A stretch of 64,000 nt of DNA from Bugula neritina (Eukaryota; Animalia; Bryozoa), in the NCBI GenBank assembly GCA_964035545.1, contig OZ037771.1, forward strand, positions 11,164,480 to 11,228,479. The letters run 5' to 3'. The stretch's first letter is position 1; every line of letters starts with the position of its first letter. The notes under the pieces were generated by a model. The model was not told where the DNA came from. It saw only the letters and a list, made by a program, of their open reading frames with translations, and made no database searches. Made by a program: the position numbers and the translations under genes. This document shows, in pieces, positions 1 to 27,400 of this stretch.

Positions 1-1501
1 ATGAAAGGGCAACAATTATTGGCTTGGCTCACAACAGAGGTGATTGACTATACTCTACCAGCATTTTAATAGAAATATCTCTGAACAAACCCATTTCTAT
101 GAAGATATAAGGTGTGTTAACCTACTCTGCATTATTTATCATTGTAGAAGTAGTGGCTGCTTATAGTTATTTAGTTACAATCATTATTTAGCAGTTTTCT
201 CATAATTTATTTATGGTACATTTTCCTACAATTACACTCTAAGACTCTCAAAATTATTTGTATAGCAATTATTATTTATGTAAATTTTGATAGCTACTGT
301 ATATATCTACTTTTCTTCAAACTTTAGTTTGCTGATTTTTAAAATATTAGACCTAATTCTAACTTAATATACATTAATAAAGCTCTGTCTTTGTTTCAAT
401 TTGAGCCACAGAGAACTTTCCTCATTTGAATCTAATTGTTGTAATTACTAAAAGCTGCAGATACGAGCAAGATTCAATTATAGATAGCAAGTTTCTTTTC
501 ATGGAGCTATATAAATGTGCATGCTGAGTATGGTTTTCTTGTTTGATTCTTTAAAGTTAAGGCAAAAACTTTGCTGGTTCAAGTAGTTGTATAAACGGAT
601 TCTTAGTTTTTAGTATAAAATGTATATAGAGCTTTCACTGCATGCATGCAATATTATTATAATGTTTTAGATATTGGTAATGTCTGCATTTACCTAAAAA
701 GACCTTTTGTACCTAAAGCTTCAACTTCCAATGAATCAAACTTTTTCAGAATAGTTTTGCTATCAAAACTACACTTACAACGAGACAAAAGACTGCTCTA
801 GCTTGGCTCCACGGTTGATTATCCTGAACTATTCTTACTTATTTGTATCATACATTCTACATAATATAACATTTTCCAAAGATAAATGCTGCAAGGGTAT
901 TCTACCATTATTATATAATGTTTAGATTATGCAAGCCACATAGTTGGAGAAAAATTAAATACTATTTGACTACATAAAGTTGTGCTTAAGTAACTTTGAA
1001 TGTAACACCTTAATTGCAACTGTGTATAAAACCAAACTGTATGTAGACATTCTGAGAACACTTTATATAAGCATTGCTATCTTTTCAACTATCTATTTGT
1101 ATCTACAGTGAGCAGTAAAATGTAATCACTGTTACCATGGGTATAGTAATGACAGATAATAATATATCAAAGAATGGCTGAATAGTAACAAAATTTTCAC
1201 AAATGAAACAACTTACATATACTACTATATAATAATAAATTGTTGTCTAGTAATTACATTAATTTATTATAAAAGTGTACTAAGTCTATTTTTCATAAAA
1301 CTTCAAAGTTTTTCATATTTCATTCAAAATAATGAATTTTTTGTTCTTAGATGTTCTAGATCGTACATAATAGTGCGCTGTCAGCTTTAATAATTATCTA
1401 AAATCATTTGCATTTTAGTTGCCATTACAAATTTTAATCTTTTAAAAAGTTGAGGTGAGATAATATTAACAATACTATTATTGTGAGTATTCTTATGAAA
1501 A

Positions 1502-8410
<6,909 letters not shown>

Positions 8411-10255
8411 TGCAATCTGAAAGACATGTCAGTATGGAACTGCTATAGTAGAAGGCAAGAAATAACGCACTTGACCAAATGCAGTTTTCAATGAACAAGA
8501 CTTAATGTCGTTAAGAAATAAACAATACAGACCATCATATGCTGTAAAAACCACTCATATACATTGTTGAGAGATGTCATTGTCATTATTATCGCCGTTC
8601 GTAATTAGTAGTTACCTTATCATTGAACACAATAACGTGATTAACTATAGATACGGTATATCGCTAGATCTAACATTTCATAGGGACACTATCAATATAG
8701 CATCAAGTTTGCATTGATACAAACCCAAGCATGGATTGATTATTCTTGCATCATCATCGATCAAGGGCCCCTGTAACTTCACTTTTTCTACACATGCATC
8801 TGGTAAGAATATACTATTTAACTAACACTATATACTATTACAAAACATACATGACATGTAGGATCTGTATTATATCCTTTCTGTATTTATATGCAGCAAT
8901 AGAAGGAATGTATAACAAAGCTTGAAATAGCAAATTTGATCCTAGCACTGCAACACTGAAGTAATTATTCTGACATGTCTTACTTGATTAAGATATGAAC
9001 TCCAATATGCTGCTCTAGTACTAGCTATACAAATATATTTACTCATGCATAACAGGTAGTACATAAGTGCTAACATAAAGCTTATTAAGCTAATATCTCA
9101 ACAGGTTTGCAATAGATAGCTCAATATAATATACATTATGTTATAGATGTAGGCTATAAACTGCCGTCTACCAAAGAAGTAGTTTTGCTTGGCATTATAA
9201 TTATTTCAAGAGAAAGGTTGCACAACTTAGAAAGTAAACTATACTTGTATTTGTTTCTGACTAACATAATGGGAGTATAACCTATTTTTATGTCTATTAA
9301 AAATCACTTATAACTTTGAATAGCCATGATTTTCATTAAGACAAAGGACGTAATTCCAATACAAGGATTGACAAATGCTAACAATTGTTTATAGAGGTAC
9401 AGATGGTATAAGAAACTAGTGGATTGCCAACATAGGTTAATCATTATATTTCACAATTTTGTATGGTGATTTGCTTGCTATAATACTGAAGATATGAATA
9501 CTTAAATAATTCCCAGGTTAAACCAGCATCTATTATTAATTTCCATTCATTGGTTGTTATTATGCTTTAATAGTCAACACTACATATAATATAACCCATT
9601 GATCAATGCAACTGTTTGACTGCAAAGTCTTCTAGAACATATTGCATAAGCTAAGCTATACCTGTGGCCTGCCAAGTCACAGAGCTGGTTCAAACTTCTA
9701 CTGATTTGGAAACTTGATTTCAGAACTTAATGTAAGTAGTCAGTCTCAATGCAAGGTGAGAATTTAAATAGACAGTTCGAAGAAATAACAATATTCATTT
9801 TTAAATAAAGTCAGTGCTCAATCAATGTTATAGAATTAGGAGAATAAAAGTTGCTTAACTTACCTCTTTAGTTGATAGGTTTTCCTTCTAATCAACAAGG
9901 CTTTGAGTCATTAGGATTTCAATCAACAAACGTACAAACATATGCAGAGCACTAAGTATAAATACTATTATATCTAACATTGATACAATGCAACTTTGCA
10001 ATGCATATGCAATTTTCAACATTCTTTTGTTCTAAGTGTAAACATTAACTGTTAGTTTCAACTGTTCCCATTATACACAATCATAGTACTTAGTTTGTTT
10101 AGTAGTACGTATACGTACAAGTAACAATTAGCTCTTGTAACCTTACTTGTAGCTAAAAATAGGGTTCATAAACAGAGTTGCAGCTGTTTGATTAGCGTCA
10201 GTGGTAAAACTACTTTTATAGCAAGGAAAATTACCTGCTTGCAACAGTGTAATCA

Positions 10256-10272
10256 AGCTCCAAACTAATTCA

Positions 10273-10336
<64 letters not shown>

Positions 10337-10353
10337 TGAATTAGTTTGGAGCT
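10256..10353. repeat. Perfect palindrome centred on a (TA)n tract
   Basis: AGCTCCAAACTAATTCAAATATTA-(TA)n-TAATATTTGAATTAGTTTGGAGCT; the arms are exact reverse complements. Confidence 0.92.
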
Positions 10354-10611
10354 CTCATTTAATGCTCAGCAATGACATTAAGTGATTGAGCACACTCACC
10401 ATGGTCACAAACTCAAGCTGCTAGCATTTAGCATAGCTCGTGACTCCTAGGTGACCCTAGAGTCACTTGAGCACTCTGGCTTGGGTTTACACACCTCTTA
10501 AATATGCTTTAGTAAAACTATAAGTGTCTACTATTGCGAAGGTGTGGGCCATGGTACTCTGTTCTGTGCTGATGAGGGGACAAATCCCGAAACAGCTGCT
10601 GTCCACAGATT

Positions 10612-10980
<369 letters not shown>

Positions 10981-12144
10981 CTACTTCTTCATGCACACTC
11001 TTCCAAACATTATTTTTTAAAATGAATATTACAGAGTTGTCCACTCAATCCTGGGAAAGCTGTTGCTAATTAACCATTTACCAGTGTGTAAATGTGAACC
11101 TCTATGAGTTACTCATATCTTTTATAAACTCAATAGAGAAATTCCTATGTATGGTTGTTGTAAAGAGTGAGTTATTTTAGCAAAGGTCAGAGTTTATCAT
11201 TATTTAAAATTTGAGACAGAGTTATATTATTCCGCTAGACATAAATTATTCAATGACTGGAGGTGTGCTATATAGCAAAGTTAAAGTGATGACACTTTAT
11301 TAGACTGATTTATTTGCAATCTTAGGCAGACAGAATCAAATATCAATATTAAATAGGATAAATATATTACAATGAGCATAATTGAGAAATTGCTTTCAAC
11401 AATAATATTCTTTGACTTATGTTATACACTGATCAATATCTACTGCTTATGTTCATGAAAATGAATATCTTTCTGCTACTTCCTTTTGTAACTACTTCAG
11501 GAGAATTATAAATGTTCTTTAGTGCACATTGTGTTTTAATTATTATCATTTGTCGTCTTATTTAAAATTATGCAATAATATTGCTGATAATACTTTGGCT
11601 ACACGCTATAACATAATTATATGATTATAAAAACTGACTAGATATGCATGTATAACAATTTCGATATAAGCTGTGAACATTGTTATTACTCACTTATTTT
11701 AGATGTCAATATGGCTAGGGATAACAAAAAACTCTATTGCAATTATCCATTTTATTATATTTTGTATAAAAATATATGCATATAGTTATGACATCACTTA
11801 ATACGACATAATTTTCCTAATTTACTCAGCCATGTCTGCATGTACTGAGGGTAAAGGTCAGTGTGTATAAGCATATGCAATAGTTTCAGTATTTATATGT
11901 TTCATTGCCTAAAATGAAAAAACATTTTTTCATAAAATATATTAATAAATTTCTATAAATAAAGTTACTGGCATTTATCAATTTTTTTAAGTTGAATTTT
12001 TACCAGAAGTAGCAAGATATCTGACAACTAAAAATCCATTAACACTTATAAGATGTAAAAACTACATTCAATTCAAATATCATAATACAACTAATCTATA
12101 GCTACTAACTTCAGGATAGAGAATAGATACTTAGGTGTTATATA

Positions 12145-18170
<6,026 letters not shown>

Positions 18171-21100
18171 ACTCAATATGACGTCAAGTTGGATCTTCTG
18201 TAGCTGAGATAATTGCTCTATAGAGGCTAAACTATGAATGCTATTGCCGAGAGGGTGCCTCTGTTATATAGTGGTAGCTTCAGGAACAAGGAAACGTTAC
18301 AAGAGTATTACAAAACAATTACAATAATATAACATGATTCATCCTCAAGAAGAAATATTATAGAACTTGCAAAAGAATATTTTTGATTATTAAGGTTTAA
18401 TTTATCATAATTACTCTATCCTTAACTTACCTATATGGCTATTCCAAAAATAACTTTTAGTAATTTATTATTGTTTATACTTAGTGCCTAAGTACTAGCT
18501 TCTTATGCCTAATTTTCTATCATATGACAAATTAATTGTCTTTAAACACAACATCTGTAAAAAAATTCAAAAAGTGGTTTTATTTTGTAAAAAGAACCTA
18601 TTTATAAGCTCTTCCCTTTGTCAGAAGCATATGTGTACATGTCAAATATTTGGCGTAAATATTTTTATAGCCACTAGAGTATATACCATGTTAGCTGCTG
18701 TAACATGTTGTATCAACATAGTGTAGTGTTCAACAGTTTCAATTATACAGTACGTCAGGTTTTAGTTATGTTTCTTTTCCGTATATTTACTAATTTGTAT
18801 ATTATATTTCTTTAAGTTGTTTTAATTTAAATGAAGACAGCTTTAATTTTTGTAAGTTTCGATTATTCAGAATGGTTCTATATGCACCAAATTATTCTAC
18901 ATTGGTGGACATCCGGTTGAAGTAAGAGATAGACAATTGCTATATTTAGTGCAACACAGATAGCTGTTCAATTTATCAGATTAGACAGGAAATTCATGGA
19001 CACATATATTATTAGTGCACCCAGCATATGCTGATAAAACTTTAAACAAGATATAAATAACTTCGAACTATAGCTATTGTTTGTAACTTGCTTTTACAGA
19101 TATATGTGCCATGGTATATGATGCATTAGGTGAATACAGCAGGAAAATAAGTTAGATTAGCATGACTGATTTATAATTGCTATTGACTAGCTATTGTTTT
19201 TTTAATTTATGGGGTGCATATACAAACTCACTCTGGTTAGAGAAAGCAAACTTTACTGCTTATTTATTGACAGCATGCAGATATGCCCTGGATAAGTAAC
19301 GTATAATAGCGTTTAAATGCTGTAGATCATCAAATATTCGTAATACACTTTATAGTTTTTTTTATATATATTCTAGGTTTCAACACATCAACATTTTTAT
19401 CTGAATGCCAGCTTTTCTGAATGTTTTCTGATTTTCCTATCTAAAATTACACACATGCTATGCCAGTAGTCAAAATTCAACAACAGCCATATTGCTGCAG
19501 TCGTACTTCGAAATGCCTCAACTATTATGTAAGAAAATCTTGAGGCAAGGAACTTAGTTCTACTCAGATATTTTGACAGCATACTCTCACTGATGGCTAC
19601 ACCAAATTTCTAGTCTGCTAACTTTTTAGAGGAGATATTTTATTTAAATGTGCTGTATATAAGCCAGATATTATGATTTTGTTGCATTAAACATAAACTA
19701 TAACTACCCAAATATACTGTATGGATCATTTAAATATAGTAAAAGCATTAAAAACTTTTGTTTCGGTTAAAATATTCAAGTTTTAATTTTAAAGTTTCTA
19801 TATATAAGTGACATTCTGGCATATGACATTGTGACATTATGACATGCCGTAAAGTCACATTTTTGTCACAATGTCACATGTGACAACATACCATGTGATA
19901 TGCAAGAATTTAAAAGAAGTAAATCTATAAAAAGTATAAGAATTATAGGGTTGCCAAAAAGCAAAGTGGAGTTACAGAGAGACTTAAAGAGACATTTACG
20001 CTTAGTTATAGAGTACGTTGATTTAGTTAGCACGTACCACATTTATAGTCAATGGAATCATGTTCTATCAGAGAAAAACAAAACACGCCAACTTGGCTTC
20101 ATTGTGTTGTTTAGAGCTTGTTTACACAATCCTGGTACTATCTCATAAACAAGTAGAAAGAATCTGCAAATAAAGCTATTATATATTCATAATATTGTAC
20201 ATAACAATGATGCTTTTAATAGCGACATTTTCAATACCTATTGTAATGCAAACTACAATTGCATAAAAACTGATCAGATATAGCTGTTGTTTAGCAACAT
20301 TTAACATATATATTATATTATTAGGAACACAGGATTTTATCTAAAATAGCAGCTAATAATATATTGTTAATCACAGAAATAACATCTCATGTCATGCATA
20401 AACATGCAACAAGTGCGCACATGTGTATCTTATGAAAGTTCTAAATTGTATATTCAATTGAAATTTTTAAAATAAGCATTGCTTTTGGTATACATGTTGT
20501 TCTAAACATTCTCATCATGATGCTGCAGAAGTACTGATGACAGCACACCTGCAGACTATAGTCACATATCCTTAGCATCCTTTAACTGAATTTTCAACAA
20601 ATTATTTCTCTGCAGGAAGAATTTTTACAAAGTTATAAATCTTTGATCATCCAAGCAGCTGAACTAAGCTGAACTTTCTGTTATGTTAATATAATTAATA
20701 TTCTCTAATCTATTTGAAAGTTTTATTTTTATATTTTTGGCCGTGTTATGAAAAGTTGAAATTTTACTCCTAGCAAAATATACTATATGTTGAACATCAT
20801 TAATTTAGCCAGCAATCATGTTATTGCAATTTACCAATTGAAGGGTTGATATTTTAAGGGAGGGGTATATTAACTTCACTCTTTTCAAATTTTTGTTGTT
20901 CAACTCATTTAACCTTCAGCCAACTTTTTGATTCATTACTTCCCTGAGCCCTAAAAATAAATGCATCAGTGAATCTTCCATGCATTAATATGCTTTAAAA
21001 TAAGGTCATACTCTCTTATATTTACAGCTCTAAATATGCATGTATAGTACATATTGTACATATTCCTGTATTGTAGTAAAAAAAGCAATAAATTAAATTG

Positions 21101-23844
21101 TTTTTGATCATGTTGGAGTGAATAATCATGTTGCTTAGGTGAAGCACATCAGGATGCAGTACCACCAGTCTCTTAGTGTGACGTGAATTACTTAAAAAAG
21201 CCACAGAATATCACATGCCAAAAAGTTGCCGTCAACAAGAGAGTGCTTGCTGAATGAAAAGATTCATTGTACATTGCATAATACAAACAGGTTGCATGCA
21301 TTTGGCACTAGTGTAAACTAAATTTACGCAATTTTGAGTAATTTTTCACAACAAATAAATATATTGACCCCAAAATATGTTGTTCGCATTTTTGAAATTT
21401 GTTATTCATTTCTCAGGATGTTGTATGCAAAGTGAAAATTTTCTCAAAAAGAATATTATAGTTTAATTTACAATAATTTCCTCGATATAGTGTGATGTCA
21501 CGCATATATCAAAGCAAGGAATCTGTTACCAATCACATATCACTTTCCACAAACTATGCTCAAACTTGTAAACAATGTAAATGAAATAACAACTAATCTA
21601 AAATTTCATTCTAATTGTATGATTAAGAAGAATATTTGCACTGGGGAACTTCTGCCATTATAATAAACTCTGCCAGTATTTAAAATTGCGTAATTAATTT
21701 TTAAAGCACAGTCTCACACTATAATAGTGAATATTTGTTAGCAACATAAATAAAATTCTAGTAATGATTCAAACCTATCAAGCCTATACAGAGCAACTTT
21801 TGAAACACACTGATTGATCAATTACAATAAGAATTTAGCTCTACATTAACTTGACAAATCAACATGTGAATAGAACAGCAAACAAATCTTGAAAAGCACA
21901 GTTTTTTCAGAAATCAAAACACTATCTGCTATTCTACTTTCACTGAGACAGGTTCAAGTTTCTTTATCTTGAATTTTTGAAAAATGTGTCAACCATGACT
22001 AGCTGCAGTGAGTGCTGTTTTTGTGGACTTCAGTGGATATAGATTGGTGCAGCACTCTGGTGCAATTCAAGTATATTATATAGTTACTGAATATTCTACA
22101 GATTAACAATCTCATTAACATATCCTTGCTTAATAATCAGCAATTATCAAGCGAATGCACTACAAATTATTTTCAAATACGTAGTCAAAAATAATGTAAG
22201 TCAAACGTGGCTATTGCTAATTATGTATATGATAATCATAAACTATTGGTAACTGTAGCTAATCATTATTTCCCAATAAATAATATTGGCACTGTTGTCA
22301 TCGAATGCTTCATTAATCAAAGGGATGTGTTTCTGTTACTTTATTATGAATAATTCTATCACTGGAAGGTAAGTAGTACCTGAGGATATTATTGACCTCA
22401 TCAAATATAATCTTTTGACCTGTAATGAGTAAGTATCTCAGAAGGCAATATTTTGCCTTTTTGCCTATACTGCATGCAGAGACTATATATTTTTGCTTAG
22501 CTTGAGTTTATAGTATTATGTTTAATTGCTTAATTGTTTTATTTTAAAATCAAGCAACTCTTCACGAGGTATTTCTGGAACTAATGCTATTTAAAAATTG
22601 TTTTGTTCATGCAGCGCCTGATGACAGCATACTTACTATTTATGAGTAGACAATTCCCTGCCAGTAAAGTGATTTTCTATATTATTTATAGATCCAAATT
22701 CTTATGGACTTTTTAAACAAAAAATTGTCATTTGAACTACTATGTTTGTAGGAAATCTAGATGAAACTTCAAAGATTGTTGTGCAGTTTATAAGTGATCT
22801 AGCAAGATAGCAAGACTATTTTTCACAACTATGAATAGTTAAAATAATGTAAATTGTAGGCAGTTTATAGACTGTTCTAAATGTGGTCAGTTTTTAGTTC
22901 AAAACAAGTCGAAAACTACAAGTTTCAGCTACAAGAACTAGTTTAAATACATATATGACAAGCTTTTACTTCACCTCTGCAATTGCTTTCAATCAACCCA
23001 AGCCGGTTACATTTATGGATCTAAACACAGCTATACGTGTCTCTCAGCATATAATACTATGACTAATGACAGGTAAACACAATCACAATAATTATGTTAG
23101 TGATTCAAGAAGAGAAGATTATTGCAAAAAAATTAATTTTATGATGAATCTGTCACAATAAGTAGCTGATTGGTCAATAGAAATAGCTAGACTGTTTCCA
23201 TAAGGAATTTCCTAATATAACTATATATACATTAATGATAAAAATTTGTTGGTTATAATTTATTACCAGACGACTAATGACATCCTTGAAAAGTATAGAT
23301 TATATTATAGTATCATAAGTTTTGATGACTAACTTAAGTCAAACTACCAGCCTGATTATTATTTGTATTGCAACACTATAGTGAGGTATCTCTTTCCTTC
23401 TATGCTTTCCTTCTATAAAAAGCTTATGCTGTGCTAATAATTCTAGCAGTATTCTGTTTTTAGATTCATATTTAAAAATATTTCTTAGGCATTAAGCTAT
23501 TAACCTGGAAACAATTTTCGAAACAAATAATTATTCTTGTAACATTTCTCTGAACTTTCAGCTCAATTAATCAACGAATCAACATCAGCTGTTTCACTGC
23601 TGATGATTGACATTGGCAGGTTAGACCAAAAAATTTATAAAAAACGCTTTTAATTGTAAAATTTGTAGCTTTCTGTTGTAAAGTTGTGAGTTGCTGGAGA
23701 GTGTAAAGCCAGTGACATATAGCAAAATGGTAAATATTATGTATACAGAAACCATTTAGGAGAATCATTGTTGATAAAGAATGTCAGGTAGGCTAAGTTT
23801 GGAGGGAAATCTTTAAAATTATTGAAACAGTGAATTAACTTGTT

Positions 23845-24260
23845 CAGGCTGGCAGAAGGGTACCAGTGGAAGATGTTTTAACAACATTTAGTGTTTCGGT
23901 TGGTACAGCTTACAAAATTATTATAATGACCTACTCTAAATTTAGCTGCCACTGGGTTAGCAAACCGCTAATCCACTCGAAGACCCCACACAGCAGCCGA
24001 AACAGTCAAAACCAACAATAGATTTTGCTTGAGATATGCTATCCCATACCCATTACAATTCCAATACCTGGAACAATTCGATTTTCACCTGTTTAGGTGT
24101 TTTAGGAATTTCTGAGAGGATAACAGTTTACTGGTGATAATGACAAGGTATCTGAAAGTTGCCACAATTTACTTGATAGAAAATTAGCTTACACATTTCT
24201 AATCTGAGGGCATTGATTTAAAAGTTAATATTAAACTGGCAAAAGTGTGTTATATTGAAT
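23845..24260 (+). mobile_element. Degenerate mariner (Tc1/mariner) transposase relic
   Basis: Frameshifted fragments in mariner order: GRRVPVEDVLTTFSVSVGTAYKII, SKFSCHWVSK (cf. WVPK), PHTAAETVKT, LSHTHYNS (cf. LPHPPYSPDL), FDFHLFR (cf. SDFHLFG), EFLRG, KLAKV/WQKC. Confidence 0.7.
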
Positions 24261-24499
24261 ACAAATGAAAAATGAAGAAAAGCTTTTTGCATTTAGTAAG
24301 ACTCATTATGTATAGCAAAATTTACTTCATGAACTATGATAATTTTGTAGGTTGCAAAGCTAACTGGAGAACATAACTCCTCGCAGTAAGAGAGAGAAGA
24401 CAATTTCCAGGTCTATAGAATAACTTTATTGTAGTATCAAAAGGTGTAGCAGTCTATACCTATGATGTTTCTTACTCGAGCTGTGGTGGTAGATTGCTC

Positions 24500-27400
24500 T
24501 ACACTGGCAAGCTAGACCTTTTTTATACTTTAGAAATCAGAAGTGCCAAGCCTCTGGACCCCCAAAGTTTAGGCACCCCTACTTGAAAAATATTCTATCT
24601 GATCTTGGTCCAAGTCAATTTTCATAAACTGCGGAATCCTGGACTCCGGCCGAGGTCTGAATTACATGACAAAAATTGAAACGTTCACAATATATTTACA
24701 AGGAGAGATAACTATAAAGCGTCATCCCAAAATCTTTCTATCAAAAATTACCCCCCTTTCAATAACATAAAAAACAATATAATTTAAGAATACTGCATCC
24801 TGTAGCACACCCAAAAAACAAAAAACTTGAGGTTTTACATGTGTTGTTTAAAAAAAATATAGCAAAATTAAACACCTAACTATATAGTAAACGACACAAA
24901 AACAATAAAATTTTAATCTACACTTGGAATGATAACTAACAGACATGTTAATATATAATATGACAACTCAGTGGCAACAGCCCTCTAGCTCTAGCTCCTC
25001 CTTGCAGCGCATAGCTGTTGCTGCACAGATTGTATCTAATCATCTATAAAGAAGTGGCTGTAGTGGCAGGTTGCCTGGCTGGGTTGCGATGAGAGTTATA
25101 GCTTCGCCTTTTTCTTCTTAGGTGGGGACCGGTTAGTCTTAAATATAAAGTGTCGTATCACCCAGTCCGACACAACTCAAAGAAACTGGGTGGCTGCTGG
25201 CCAGGTGACAGGGCCGAGCTGCGAAGTTTTGTTTTCGAATTTGTTTTTCACCAGCCAACACATTGAGAATTTCAGGAAAAAAGCTTCCTGTTTGGGAGGA
25301 TCATCACGTGGGGTAGTATTAAATTTCAAAATTCCGTGGAAATGGTAGCGTCCATGACAAATTTTCTTCTCGTGTAGTAGCAGGCTATCCGCTGATGCTT
25401 CAACACATAATCTCATTGGTAGTAAAAATTTCCACATGGGCAGGAAACGTTTATGAAAGGCTAGAGGGTGTGCACGCAAAGCCGTCGGTGCGAGAAAAAC
25501 TTTTTCCCTCACACAAATGTCACCGGCTCATCACAAGCATGCTTGATCTGGTGACCTGTTTCCAAAGTGACACACTGTTGCTTTACCGCCAAGAGTAGCA
25601 CCAAGGAACCATCACTATTGTCAGGGATGGGCTGCTTCTCTCCCACAGCTGGATGTCCATGAGTTTAGTCACAGGCTCACCCGAAATGACAGAGGGGGTA
25701 AAATCTATTTCCTCCGGATCTTTCGAGCTGGTACTAGCTGCACCAGGACCTATTCATTAAATAGTGTGGGGGAGGCTAGAGTCCATGCAGCTTGGTCCTG
25801 CTCTATAAGTGTCAGCCAATCCACCTAAAACATGCAACAGAGGTTGACTCAAGCCAATCTTTCTAGTGCGGAAACTTGGCATCTCCTTATAAGGAGCTCG
25901 TCAAAACACTGCGGCGCCTGCATGCCTAGAGAAGTAATCATTCAGGGGCTCCTCTTTTAGTTCTACAGAAATTCACTCATGTCTCAGTACACTAGCTTCT
26001 ACTCTGCCTACAGAAAAGTCATTAAGAAGGGTAGAACTTGATTCTAATATTGGAGGATCTAGTTCTAAGCAGGATAGATAAGGGCACCCTCACTAAAAAC
26101 ATCATAGATTTCTCGCAAAATATAGTTTAGGTTCTTGCATAATATTGCTCGGTAGGTGGCCTGTGGGAGGCCTTATTGCAATCGTTTAGCCTAAGATCAA
26201 ACTACAATCCATAAACAGCAACCTCAGTTAAGGCTGCTTTATCTATCATCATTCCTGTAATAATACTTTATAAACAAACTACACAGCAAGCTATTCATTA
26301 TAGCCTGTTAGCTAGCATGTCTGTAACTAGTAATGTACCGCCAATATCTTCTCTTCTCTGCGTGCTCACTGAAGCTCGAAATGCTGTACGCTGCTAATTG
26401 CTTAGGAAAAAATATAGCAACTTCAGTATATAAATAACTAATTTTATTGAAAAATCTAGGAGAGTTATCAAAAAAGAAAATTGCACTGGAGGAATATCTC
26501 AGGATTCTAAGGGTGCAACTTTTATTCAGATATCTTGTTTTTCTTCTGAGATATTTTACTGGTACTGAAAAGTCAGTTTTTTAGCCAAAATTGGTCAAAA
26601 GGGGCAAGTTTTTGTCTATAACTTTCCAACAAAAATAAGAATTGAGAATTCCAAAAAAAGTTGCACTAGGGAAAAAAATATACGTCATAGTTTTTAAATT
26701 TTGAGTTTAGCCTAATTAGGTGAGATTTTATTTTACTGGTACTGAATTGTTATATGATTACAATGTAAACCTCAACAAGGCAATTGCAGCTAAAAGGTTG
26801 CCTTTAACTATTCTGTGTAAAGCAATACCTGACTGGCTGTTGTCATTTGGGTTTATCTGAGGAGTGACTCCCATTGTAGAATTACAAACTAAAAATCTGT
26901 GATCGTTCGTGGCCATGTCTGTGGTAGAAATTACTGAGCCGCTTATTTTCATAATCTTACTTGACAACCCTGCGGTCACGTGCACGGTCGACCAGTTTCT
27001 CGATAATTGCAGGGACCACTCTAAAACTCAGAACACCCTTTCCAAAATTTTAGGGCCGACATTCTGCAACTTCAGGAGAATTCTCGGTACTGCCAGAGCT
27101 ACTCTTCGTCCCAAGCTCAGAATTTTTACCCACACTGGATGTACAACTCCCTCTTGCCTGTAATGGATACTACAGATAGGGTTGGCCCGCCCCCCACGCA
27201 ATTCAGAGTTCGAGAGATTTCCTACTCCCAGGGCTAGTCTTAGAGCTGGCTGAGCTAAGGGTCTACGCTGAGAAGGTGATGCCACGATCAGCCAGCAAGA
27301 GTAGCAAAGTCTGGGAAAATGACAATGACATCACCCAAATAAATGATCAGCGTCTTCCAGTGTAGCCCCTGAGAACCTTCTCTATGAGTCATTGGAAAGT

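Noticed and set aside
1-69. Short coding-looking stretch at the window start
   Set aside because: Too short and truncated to assign a frame or product.
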